Shown here: piece after piece, positions 12,395-25,288 of the stretch
How positions within the stretch are numbered: position 1 is the stretch's first letter
How the letters are laid out: the number at the start of each line of letters is the position of its first letter
DNA from: Octopus sinensis
Taxonomy: Eukaryota
Direction of reading: 5' to 3'
Assembly: GCF_006345805.1 (NCBI RefSeq)
Contig: NC_043002.1
Span: forward strand, 7,068,001 to 7,132,000
Length of the DNA: 64,000 bases
Program-made: the position numbers and the translations under genes
Notes under the pieces: generated by a model
The model's database searches: none
What the model was told of the DNA's origin: nothing
The model's input: the letters and a program-made list of their open reading frames with translations, nothing else

Positions 12395-12639
12395 TGGTGT
12401 TGCTGTTCTTGTTATTGGTGCTCCTACTGCTGCTGTTGTTGTTGTTGTTGTTAATGAAGCTCTTGTTGGTGATGTTAGAGTTAGCTGTGCCAAAGTAATA
12501 AAGAATATGTTTAAAAGGAATGTTATTAGCAATGACTACGGTGTTCGTTTTCATTTTCTGGTGAACCTCCTTCCTGTCTTCATCGCTCTCTGCTCTCTAT
12601 ACGTCTATGCGTTTTGTCACACACACACACACACACACA

Positions 12640-12670
<31 letters not shown>

Positions 12671-12744
12671 ACACTCTCTCTTTCTCTCACCCACTCTCTT
12701 CGACAAACACACGCACACAAATACGTTCTCTCTGCCTCTCTATC

Positions 12745-13032
12745 ACTCTCTCCATATACATGTGTGTGTGTGTTTGTGCATATTATATATATATATATAT
12801 ATATCAACATATACATATATACATATACACATACATATATATATATATACATACATATCTGTATATATTTGTATATATGTGTGTGTGTGTGTGTTTGTGC
12901 ATATACATATATATATATATATATATATACATATATCAACATATACATATATACATATACACATACATATATATATATACATACATATCTGTATATATTT
13001 GTATATGTGTGTGTGTGTGTGTGTGTTTGTGC

Positions 13033-13096
<64 letters not shown>

Positions 13097-13175
13097 ACAT
13101 ATACATATATACACATACATATATATATACATACATATCTGTATATATTTGTATATATGTGTGTGTGTGTGTGTG
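12745..13175. repeat. Three-copy ~130-bp repeat built from TA/CA/TG microsatellites
   Basis: TTTGTGCATAT...ATCAACATATACAT...ATCTGTATATATTTGTATAT is repeated three times. Confidence 0.85.
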
Positions 13176-13904
13176 TGTTTAATATTCTTTGTCTCGATCA
13201 GTCTATCCCGCATACACAATCACACGCACAATTATGCGCGCGCGCACACACACACACATACACACACACATACATACACATACACACACAAAGACTCACT
13301 CATTCACACACACTCTCTCACTCTTCTTCTCTTTTTCCTTTTTCTCTTCTTCAGTCGCTTAACTCTCCCCCTTCTCTTCCCGGTTTAGATTTTCATAAAA
13401 TAATTACATATCTACTTACATCTGAAAGTTTGGCTGTGTAGATTTGAGAACCATCAATATAATTTCCTCTTCCTTGAAATTAATTATATTTGCTACGTAT
13501 GGGTTGGGATTTTTTTTCTTTTCCTTTTTTTTTTTTTTCGGCAGGAATGAGCTGAGTAATTTACCCAAATTTTCATTTAGCTGAGATCTTTTTATAGTCA
13601 AAGCAAGGAAAATATTGTACGCCGACAAAGAACGACGTAGAATTCTTGTTTGAAGGTAATCAACAGAAAAAAAGTTCGTTTAAGCTATTTAGCTCTCTTC
13701 TGTTTTACAACTTCGCTTTTGCTGATTTATCTTATTACAGTTTCACCTCCTCATATAACGAAACTTTAAAATTGTTCGCTCGTTTTACAATTGTCCAAGA
13801 TCTTCATAAACAATTACATTAAACGTTTTCCTTGCGGTCATATCTGTTTCGAACTGAACTCTTTTGTTTTACACACACGAGCGCGTGCACACATTTATAC
13901 ATAT

Positions 13905-14082
13905 GATAGATCATTAGCCACTACACACATTTTTTTCTCTCCTTATTTTTTCTGTGTCCCTTTCTGTAGAAGAGCGTAGGCTCGAAACGTAAAATACTTT
14001 TTTCTATTCCTGAGCGTTATACTAATACATCTGTTTGTTTTGTACACCACCTGTCTTTTTTTTTTGTTTTTTCGTAAACTCT

Positions 14083-14087
<5 letters not shown>
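13905..14087 (+). mobile_element. Solo Penelope-like pseudo-LTR with hammerhead-like motif
   Basis: TGATAGATCATTAGCCAC...CTGTAGAAGAGCGTAGGCTCGAAACGTA...CTCTCCCTATATA. Paralogous to 32455 and 49670; the 49670 copy lies downstream of a Penelope RT. Confidence 0.75.
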
Positions 14088-14124
<37 letters not shown>

Positions 14125-14131
14125 TATATTA

Positions 14132-14229
<98 letters not shown>

Positions 14230-14231
14230 TG

Positions 14232-14269
<38 letters not shown>

Positions 14270-14750
14270 AACATAATCAAATAGGGTAATAAAATAAATT
14301 ATTATTACCAGTGGCCTAGCACAAAAGACGAGTTAGTCATTAGATTATATATTTTTCGTATAGAAATATAATAAAAGGCTTCCAAAAAGGAAGCGTAGTG
14401 CTAGAAACACAAAAAGGGGATAAATTCATGAAAGGAATGAAAATTAAAAACATTTACCATCTCAGCTATATCCCAGACCGAACGGTTTCTCTTATTTTTA
14501 GCAAACACACAGAATATGTTTGCCAGGCCAGGTTCTTCAGTGGGAAGCCTTCGTAATCCTAGACGCACATACTGTTAGAAGCACGAGTAGATCTAACGGT
14601 TTGTATATCCTAACTTTTCAAACCTCTGCGCAGACGCAAACCATTCCCGGCGAACAGAGAGGATGCCGGTACAAGATTTACGAACAAATTTATCAAGCAA
14701 TATTATATATATATATATATGTATGTATGTGTGTGTGTATATATATATAT

Positions 14751-15262
14751 ATAGGATGTCCCAAGAATCACTGATGGGCTTCAGTTTTTAATAATGTCCT
14801 TGACTTTACAAATAAATGCATGAAATTTTGATACAATATAAAGGTCATAATGAAAATTAATATGCACAAATTAAATACCACTACATCACATATGACACCA
14901 CTACATCACATATGACAAATTACTTCGCTTAAATGGCAACCATTTTGGGCTTTGCACAACCCGTGCTCTTTTCAAAACTTGCACCATAACACCCTCAAGA
15001 GTTTCAGACCCCACTTCTCTGATTTCTCTATTGATGTTCTCCATCAGTTGCACCAGGGTCTCTGGTTTGTTGATGTATATTCTCTCTTTCAGGTATCCCC
15101 ACAGAAAAAAAAAGGCTGGTCAAATCTAGGGAACGTGAAGCCCAGTTGACATTGCCGTAGCGGGAGATTATTCAGATTCCAAAGCACTAACATATTAACA
15201 GCATTGTTTCTCTTGCGGTTTGAGCAGTTGCCCCATCTTGCAGGAACCATGTGTGAGGTCTA
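14751..15262 (-). mobile_element. Tc1/mariner-superfamily (rosa/maT-like) transposase 3' remnant with one TIR-like end
   Basis: Minus frames give WFLQDGATAQTARET and NWASRSLDLTSLFFLWGYLKERIYINKPETL. TIR-like TATAGGATGTCCCAAG at 14750. Confidence 0.75.
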
Positions 15263-15264
15263 CT

Positions 15265-15630
15265 GTGAATGGTCTTCACGTTTCCAAGACTTGACTAGCC
15301 CGAATATTTTCTTGCATATCTGATTTGGATCACCATGAGCAGTAGTTAAGTTCTTATCTTTGTATATCTCTGTTAGAATTGCGGATCTTATTTCATAAGC
15401 AGCATTGAAAGATGTGCATAGATATACAGGCAGAATAGTTGGCAGAGATTCGTTTTTCATGGGTCTGCAAATGAGATTTGAGCCCAGCAAAAGAAAGACA
15501 TGGTCTGTCACAAACTGTGCACACAAAAAGTTCACTAAGTTTCACCTTCTCGACCGCAACATTCTTCTTTCAATTTCTCTATGCAAGTCTATGCCACCTG
15601 TTTCAAGGTGTCTCTCTGTAGTCATTCAAT
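15265..15630 (-). mobile_element. RTE-clade LINE 3' remnant with C2H2-like C-terminus
   Basis: Minus frame ELFVCTVCDRPCLSFAGLKSHLQTH, typical of RTE ORF C-termini. Confidence 0.6.
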
Positions 15631-16719
15631 CTGCTAGAAACATCAGCCAAATCCTCTTAATATCACACTCTACTGTTTTTCAAAAAGGAAATTAAACATT
15701 AGCTAATGTACTTCTACATGTAGTAAGCCCGAAAAGATGACAATAAATTTACGATTTGAGCGTCTGAGATCATAGCTTCACGTGATTAGAAAAAGCAACG
15801 ATTTCCGATCGTCTGCAAAAGAAAGTGAGTATGATAATGAGCAATTAGATTCCATAGAAGTACCGGAGATCTGTTACCTAAAACCAAACGTTGTTTCGAA
15901 ATACGAGGAAAACATTTAGCAGCAATGGGAAGGCAATACCGATTCAGATTGATTCATTGAATGATTGATTAATTCATTGATTAATTCATTCATTGATTAA
16001 ATGTGATTGCCCATTGTTATAGTAAGCTACAGGCATTTTTCATGTTAGATACTTATATTAGTCTAACACCATATAATTTCAATCTCTGTCTGTCTCACGC
16101 TCTCTCTCTCCATCTCTCTCCCCTCTCTCTCTCCCTCTCCTCTCCCCCTCCCTCTCTCTCCCTCTCTCTCTCTCCCTCTCTCAATTAGCGTGTGGGTGCA
16201 GGGATACACTACTGGATCAAATGTCGACAGTTTCCATTTTTATATCGTTCATTTTCTGATCAATAATGCCGATGGTTTATAGATTTCCAAGGAGCCAGTC
16301 GCTAGGTTGAATTTATTGCAGTTATTGTAGAGTGTGTGAGAGAGTGACGGAGAGAGAGAGAGTGACAGACAGACAAATAGACAAAGACAGAGAGACAGAG
16401 GGTGGAGAGACAAACTAGTGTTCTTGCAAATCGGGCGGAAGAGATAAACAACGCACCTTCTTTCGTCGACCTGGATTATCGACAGTTTCCCCGCTGATGC
16501 TCATACGTATATTTCGCCGTTATATACACACCCACACACATCCACACACACCACGCGCACGCACGCACACACACATACACACACATATTTGGGGTATTGG
16601 AAGATTGTGAGGGTGGATGGTATGTCTGTATATATGTGCATATATGTGTGTGTATGAGTTTGTTTGCTTTAGTGTGTGTCAATGAGAGTGTATGTGTGTA
16701 TGTGTGTGTTTTAGCGTTT

Positions 16720-17045
16720 TAGGGTGTGTGAATTCCTGGCGATGAAGGAGTGCAGGTTTTGCGACATCTACTGAAGGGTACTCGTTTGTTGAGATGATGC
16801 CACCAAAAAGAGTAATGTGCTCAGATGACTGAAATATCAAAACAGAAAACCCGTGCCAAAAGCAGATTACATCGCCTTCAACGACTGACACGAACCTCCA
16901 ACAAGTGGTTGCATGAACAATCCACGAATTACAATCCATGAGCTTGCTGCACAAATGGACTGTAATCATAATGCATTGCAGAACATAAATGAATTTGGTT
17001 CTGGGAAACCTTGTGCAAAGCGGGTACCTCGGCACTTGACACCAG
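16720..17045 (+). mobile_element. mariner transposase N-terminal remnant
   Basis: NNPRITIHELAAQM...GKPCAKRVPRHLT, a WVPHEL-like motif. Confidence 0.6.
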
Positions 17046-17829
17046 GTTGGGTGAAGAGAAAGATGGAAGATACAGTTGCAGTTTTTAGATCAACAAACTC
17101 TTCAAAGATTTCATGCGTCAAGAGCCTACAAAGTTCTATAGAGTACCAAACGGCCAAGTGAAGTAACCCAGAATTGCACTCCTCTGTGAGAGGGTGAAGA
17201 AATCTTGGAAGTCTGTTCAAAGAAGTTATAATAAAAAACTTCAAGAAATGTGGCACTATTAACAATTTAGGCAACAATATAGACTTCATTTAAAATGACC
17301 TTCTCGACGAATATGTTTCTGAGCATAGTGAAGGCTTCCGAGAATCTAAAAATATTAAAGAATTTTCTAAGTTTATAGAAAAGAGCACGGCTTAATGGGA
17401 ATTTACGTTTTATGATCTTTTCAAATGAGTTCCTTTCTGTTATGATAATGTTTTGTTCGAAACTATGAAGCTTATAATTTTCTTCCCCAAAAGTTTTAAA
17501 CCACTTTATTCTTGTTTTCCTTTCTCATACACTAATATAAGTATGTAGTAACATCATCTCAAATAAGGGTGATTTAAAATGTTTATGCGTTTAGTTTTGA
17601 TATCTTTGGGTTTCATTTTTGCAAGAAAAAATTGAAGAAAAGCGTTGAGAGCACATTAAACATGTATGAACATTATACGCCGTGAAATACAGCAGATAAT
17701 ATAGTCTTAACTGAACTATAGGCAACCAAGTGACAATTAATGCTGTTAACCAGTTCTGTCACCCAAAACTAATAAATGAAGCATTCACCAAAAAAAAAAC
17801 AAAAAAAACGGTGAAATGCCTTCCATCAT

Positions 17830-18070
17830 AATTTGCTCCATCAGAATCGACTGAGAAAAACTCTAACATTTCATGAGAAGACCAGTAATAACGCCAGCAA
17901 ATCGTCCTTGGCAACCTTTCGCAGAGTTCACTTGATGCTGGCATACGGAACGACAGTTTTCCGGACTGAGAATAATATTCTTCCACAATTCTCAAAGTGT
18001 AAGAAAGAAAAAAAAATGAAAAAGTAGTGGGTCAAGGGTGCACCCTGGCCTCATTCCTCTTTTTTTACCT
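17830..18070 (+). mobile_element. Possible RTE-like RT remnant
   Basis: GTGGGTCAAGGGTGCACCCTGGCCTCATTCCTCTTT = VGQGCTLASFLF resembles the GVxQGCxLAPxLF motif; the rest is highly decayed. Confidence 0.35.
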
Positions 18071-18374
18071 AAGAAAAATATTCATTAGTATGCCAGTCAC
18101 CAATCAAAGCTACTTGTCTTCTTTCTCTTTCTCTGTGTTTTATTTCTGCTCAATGTTATAAATATATCTATGGCTACAGACTCATTTCTGTCGACAATAA
18201 ATATATATTTCAATGTTTCATAAAACAAGATTTATTTCCTTTTAAAAAGCTTTCCTCCATTATTTTGTATTCCTCTCTCACAATTTCCACATCTATCAGT
18301 TCCTACAGCCAGCCGTGTTATTCATAAAGAGACCAGCCAAATGATCCACTCTTCAGAAATTTTCATATCTTTCC

Positions 18375-18381
18375 ATCTATC

Positions 18382-18412
<31 letters not shown>

Positions 18413-18414
18413 AT

Positions 18415-18452
<38 letters not shown>

Positions 18453-18556
18453 GATCAGTCGATATATCTATTTGTCTGTCTATCAATCCACATATCTATC
18501 CGTCTGTCTGTCTATGTATGTATGTATGTATGTATGTATGTATGTATGTATGTATG

Positions 18557-18611
<55 letters not shown>

Positions 18612-18615
18612 ATGT
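18375..18615. repeat. (TCTA)n/(TATG)n microsatellite
   Basis: Direct inspection. Confidence 0.95.
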
Positions 18616-19249
18616 ATGTGTGTAGATCTATGTATGCATATGGACCAATTTCTAGACAGATATACAGTTAGATTGATAGATAGAAAGAAAGAGACAAACA
18701 GACAGAATATTATGGTTTGAGTTATATAACTGAGGAGACCACTATTCATTATAGCACTCAATACATATTATAACACATGCATAAGGGTATTTCTTTCTTT
18801 CTCTTTCCACCTATATATCTATCAAAGTATCCACGTATCTCTGTATCTATTTAAAGAATTCTTTCAGTTTTCGCAATTTCCTTTCGTCGTATTTATTGCA
18901 ATTTTTTTGTACTTTCTTTCACAATGCGAAACTGAATATGGTTATATCTCTTTCTGCTTTCCTTTTCCAGTTCATACAAAATTCTTCACAACAATAGCAA
19001 CAAGAACATCAAGAACTAAAAGAGCAACAACAGTAACAGCACCTCTAACAACGATGACGATGCTTCGCCTACTTCCTCGTCATTAGGATGAAATTATATT
19101 CCTTATTCACAAGTCTTTTCTTCGGTGCCAATGTTTCTTCTGCCTTGTCTTTTTCCAGTGCCTTTTCTTTTTGACAATATTTTAACATTTAAAAAAAACT
19201 TTCTTTCGCCTCTTACTTTATTTCAACAAGTTCTACTTGTCTATAATTG

Positions 19250-19635
<386 letters not shown>

Positions 19636-19920
19636 ATCAATCGATCTACTAATCTCTCCCTCTCTATGTGCGTGTATATATATATATATACATATATATA
19701 TATAAGAATACATACATAGATACATAGATATCATGCATGTATGTACATATGTGCATATATATACATATATATACATATATATACATATATATGTATACAT
19801 AGATACATGCATGCATACATACATGTATGTATATAAGTGTATATATATATATATATGTATGTATATGTATATATATGTATCTATATATATTACGTATATA
19901 TGTATGTATGTATATATATG

Positions 19921-19953
<33 letters not shown>

Positions 19954-20535
19954 ATGTGTGTGTGTGTGTGTGAATATACGTATGTATGTGTGCACGTGTG
20001 TGCGCGCGCGCGTTTTCACTTTATTCATTTATTCAGTTATTTATCTATTTATTCATTTATTGCTTCCTTGGCTGTCTTTTATGTGAAAATATTTCCAGAA
20101 AATCCTAAACTCAAGACATCAAAGATTTCTCTCGGCGGGGTATCAATTGAGAAAAAAAATTGTCAATGAAAATGTTTGACGTTGGCAGTACACATTCCTA
20201 AAAGCTTCGGCACTTCATTAACCTCAACTGTATTTTAGAGTTAGTCAAGATAAAGTTAGAAAGAGAAAAAGGGTAAATTTTGAAAAACGACATGAATATC
20301 AAAATAAAAAAAAAAATGGGAAAAAGAAGGAAAAGAAAAGAAAAGAAAGACAAGGAAAGGAAAAAGTGACGGGAGGAAAAAGAGAAGCAGAATAAGTATA
20401 TGGAAATACTATGGTTTAACCCTTTTTGAAACAGCATCTCTATAAATCTGAGAAACTATAAAAGTATTCTTGTATGGAATTCTATCCTATACATATAAAT
20501 ACATACATAAATATTATATACGTGTGCGTGTGTAA

Positions 20536-20588
<53 letters not shown>

Positions 20589-20631
20589 ATATATATGTAT
20601 ATATATACACGCATGTAAGTATATATGTAAG

Positions 20632-20729
<98 letters not shown>

Positions 20730-21061
20730 CACGCATGTAAGTATATATGTAAGTATATATATGCATGTAAGAATATATATATATATATATACAAACACAG
20801 CTTAATACATTGTATGAATATTTCGGCATATATATGTGTTTGTATATAAATGCGTTTTGATGGCGCTATAACTGGAGAGATGCCGGCGTGGGTTTCCGCC
20901 CCGACATCCAAAACTCGGAGTTTTATCATGGCTACCGAATAATTATCACATGTTATATTTACAGATGAATTCCTCTATTTACATAATATCGAGGTCTCTT
21001 TCATTTTTTTGTTGTCTTACCATTTCTCTCAATGCACATACATACACACACACACACACAC

Positions 21062-21147
<86 letters not shown>

Positions 21148-21551
21148 CGTCCTTGTGTGTTATGAAGCTTGCTTCCCAACCACATGGTTCCAGGTTCAGT
21201 TCCACTGTGTGAGCCCATGGCAAGTATCTTCTACTGTAGCCTTATTAGTCTTCTTAATGAATTTGGTAGACAGAAACTGAAAGAAGCCTGTCGTATATAT
21301 ATATGTATATGTGTGTGTATGTATATGTATATATTCTTGTATTTGCGTCTGTGTTAGTCCCTTCCCACCATTGCGTGGCAACCGATGTTGGTGTGTTTAT
21401 ACCCCCATGATCTAGCGGTTCGGCAAAAAACACCGATAGAATAAGTACCAGGCTTACAAAGAGTAAGTCCAGGGATCGATTTCTTCGACTAAAAGGCGGT
21501 GCTCCAGCATAGCACCAGTCAAAATGACTGAAGCAAGTAAAAGAATAAAAG
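21148..21551 (+). mobile_element. tRNA-derived SINE, family C (CORE-like segment, internal TA/TG tract, LINE-like tail)
   Basis: AAGCTTGCTTCCCAACCACATGGTTCCAGGTTCAGT head, GGCAAGTATCTTCTAC segment, tail GGCGGTGCTCCAGCAT...GACTGAAGCAAGTAAAAG. Paralogs at 21920, 33295, 34600 and 48652. Confidence 0.85.
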
Positions 21552-21601
21552 AAGATAGATAGATGTATATGCACATATGTCTGTGTGTCTGTATATATAT
21601 A

Positions 21602-21640
<39 letters not shown>

Positions 21641-21665
21641 TAGATATATATATATATATAATATA

Positions 21666-21753
<88 letters not shown>

Positions 21754-21919
21754 CTACACACAGACATATGTATGGTTTTAACTATCCATCACTGCTGGTC
21801 TTATCAATCGGTTTCGCGTAAAGAATACAATGGAGTGTGAGGTAACAAACCGATTATATAACTTTACGGTCATCAGAGTTAGCTGATATGGAAGGGTACA
21901 TATATATATATATACATAG

Positions 21920-22264
<345 letters not shown>

Positions 22265-22281
22265 GATAGATAGATAGATAG

Positions 22282-22318
<37 letters not shown>

Positions 22319-22319
22319 T

Positions 22320-22638
22320 CAAGTAAGCAACGTAAGGCAGCTGAAATTGCACACGGTATCAATGAAACTTTTAGTGACGAAATGACTAGTGAGTGGTCAG
22401 CTGGAAAATGGTTTAAGCGATTTTGCAGTGGCCACCTGAACCTTGAAGATCGTGAGCGTAGTGGACGCCCGTCTGACATCGACGCAGTCACTTAAAGACG
22501 GTCATTGAGAAAGCTCCATATAAAACCACTCGAGAACTGGCAAAACAACTTCAAGTTATACAGAAAATTGTCTGCAACCATTTGCATGCGATCGGAAAAT
22601 CAAAAAACTCGACAAATTGGTCCCACACGATTTGAATG
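22320..22638 (+). mobile_element. Internally deleted mariner (same family as 62067-63293)
   Basis: Starts with TIR-like AAGTAAGCAACG. Encodes the HTH region KAAEIAHGINETFSDEMTSEWSAGKWFKRF...KLDKLVPHDLN, cut by the Gypsy LTR. Confidence 0.8.
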
Positions 22639-22822
22639 TGTTGTGTGGAAGTAGAGCACCCCTATTTGGTTGGCTCGTAATGGACTGTGCCACAGTATAA
22701 ATGGACATGCGCAGAGAATGTAGAGAACGTTGTTGAACTGTGTAAAACTGAGAGTGGCCTATTGTCAAGTATAATTACAAGTATTGTATATATATATAGA
22801 ACGTCGAACGTGCGATACAACA
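22639..22822 (+). repeat. 5' LTR of a Ty3/Gypsy element
   Basis: TGTTG...CAACA termini (184 bp), followed immediately by PBS-like TTGGCGACGAAG (22823-22834) and then gag remnants. Confidence 0.7.
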
Positions 22823-22969
22823 TTGGCGACGAAGATTCGGACAATATTGCCATTGATATAGCAGTGGCGTCGTGCGGCTCGAACAGTACAGAGGAAACTG
22901 AAAATAGCACCGAAACGAAAGAGTTACTGAAAGCAGTCGTAAAACATCAAGAACAGTAGCAGCAGCAGC

Positions 22970-23345
22970 AGTGGAGGCGCAATGACCCAGTGGTTAGGGC
23001 AGCGGACTCGCGGTCGGAGGATCGCGGTTTCGATTCCCAGATCGGGCGTTGTGTGTGTTTATTCAGCGAAAACACCTAAAACTCCAGGAGGCTCTGTCAG
23101 GGGGTGGTGGTGACCCCTGCTGTACTCTTTCGCTCCAACTTTCTCCCACTTTTTCTTCCTGTTTCTTGTCCCCGACTTCCTACGCAACCGCTGAGCCTGA
23201 ATGCGCATTCATCCATCCGTCGATGCTCTTGGTATCGGGGGTTGACCTGCTTCCTCTTCTGCGGGTCTTACGAATAGCAAAGGACCACGTTTCAGACTTC
23301 TCCCATCTTGCGAGCTCTGGAACGAAGACCGCTTCGCTCAACAGC
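22970..23345 (+). mobile_element. SINE family A, full length
   Basis: tRNA-like head and full body, followed by a CAG/CAA tail. Confidence 0.9.
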
Positions 23346-23986
23346 AACAGCAGCTCAACAGCAGCAGCAGCAACAACTACAGAAGTTAACAGAGTTGTTA
23401 CTACAGTCCAGAAATACGACAGAATCATTTTCAGCGAACAGTGTTGCAAATTCTATCGAAGAATTTCAGTGCAAACCAGGATGAAGGAACTACCTTTACT
23501 GCGTATTATAGATAATACGAAGACATATTCAAAGAGGAATGTAAGGGGTGGTCTAGTGAAAGGAAGATAAGGCTCCTTTTGCGATAACTTGCCCCACCGG
23601 AACACGAAAGATTTTGTAAATTTATTTTGCCGAGAAATCCCGCGGAATTGTGTTTTGATAAAATGATAAATATTTTGGCTAATATTTTTAGCGAAAAAAA
23701 TTCTCCGTTTAACATTCGGTAGGAATGTTTAAATTTAAAGGAGAATGAGTCCGACAACATTGTAACATATGCCGGTAATGTTAATAAGGCTTGTGAAATG
23801 TTTAAGCTTGGAGAATTTACGCCAGATATGTTCAAGTACTTAATAATCATTAAAGGGCTTGTGGCAATGGAAGATGCGGAAATTAGGAAAAGAATATTAT
23901 CAAAGTTGAATCAAGATCTTGAACTAATCTTGCAGAGGAATGCCAACAAATAATAAACCTTAGAGAAGATACAAGAAACATAGAAG

Positions 23987-24065
<79 letters not shown>

Positions 24066-24085
24066 CACCAGAATAATAATAATAA

Positions 24086-24581
24086 CACACCAGAAAAGGT
24101 CACAGAAAACGAGAAAGCAACCATACTCTGGGATATGCCGATACATACAGATAGAGAAATTAAGGCCAACAGACCAGATATAGTTGTCAGAGATCATGAA
24201 GAAAAAAATGCTTTCTAATTGATGTATCAATACCGGCAGATGACAACGTGTCTCTAAAAGAAATGGAGAAACTCTCAAAATACAAAGACCTGGAAATAGA
24301 GGTAACTAGAATGTGGAACCTGAAAACAGAAACAATTCCTATCATAGTAGGTGCATTAGGCATGATAAAAAAATATTCTGACAAATACATAACAAAAACA
24401 CCAGGACTTACAAACACATATAACATACAGAAAATTGCACTACTAGGCACTGCACACATCCTACGCAGAACACTTTCCATACAATAACCATCAGAGCATC
24501 ACAACAAATCACAGCACATACCCAAGGCACACACAGCTGCGCTCGGTAGTGAAGTAAAAGCACGCTATAAAAATAAAACTA

Positions 24582-24584
<3 letters not shown>
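24086..24584 (+). mobile_element. 5'-truncated Dong/R4-clade LINE (RLE endonuclease and 3' UTR) in a (TAA)n array
   Basis: ILWDMPIHTDREIKANRPDIVV...LIDVSIPADDNVSLKEMEKLSKYKDL...IVGALG...QKIALLGTAHILRRTL with one frameshift in a poly-A run. (TAA)n on both sides. Confidence 0.92.
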
Positions 24585-24612
<28 letters not shown>

Positions 24613-25163
24613 GATGCCCTGATGCAGTACCAGGCAGTGGCTCTCGTAGCTTCTGATCTTAACCGATTGGAAGTGTTATCATGTACATTGTTTTGCCTTG
24701 GTATAAAAGATGGGCTACAACAAATATTCTGCTCAGTACCACAGATTTGCTTGTCAGTTGTTTGACCTTAACCAGTTGAGTATGTCCCTTAGTGGCTGAC
24801 GATATGTGCATCTCTGATCACGAGCAGAAATAGTGGGGAAGCATCATGTGTTGAAAGGAATTCTTGGAGATTTGGATAATTCACCTTTGGAAATATGGGT
24901 GGTCCGTTCAACACCCTCAAACAACCCTTATTCAGGGACCTTTTGAGCGCGATGAGTTACTCGACCAGAAGAAAATTCTAATTGGCTCCACCTTCAAGGT
25001 CATGTGTTGTTTATCTTGATAATGAGATCACCATGTCGCGCACATATGGGTGTGATGCATGTGCCTAGTGTACCCTTATCAGACGGGTAGTCATAATGGG
25101 TATACTAGGCTTCGTATATTTTACCCCAATGTCACTTTGATGGCATGCACTGCTCTCTCACTC
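24613..25163 (+). mobile_element. Unclassified non-coding interspersed element ('element X') bounded by (TAA)n
   Basis: No ORF and no tRNA head. Its 3' part recurs at 47439-47552 and its 5' part at 54872-55077, with TAA-adjacent boundaries at the same positions. Confidence 0.75.
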
Positions 25164-25182
25164 AAAAATAATAATAATAATA

Positions 25183-25238
<56 letters not shown>

Positions 25239-25250
25239 AATAATAATAAT

Positions 25251-25288
<38 letters not shown>

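Noticed and set aside
22970-23045. tRNA genes at the SINE heads (also 3150-3219, 7040-7111, 34484-34555)
   Set aside because: A and B boxes are present, but there is no complete acceptor stem and each continues into a multi-copy SINE body.
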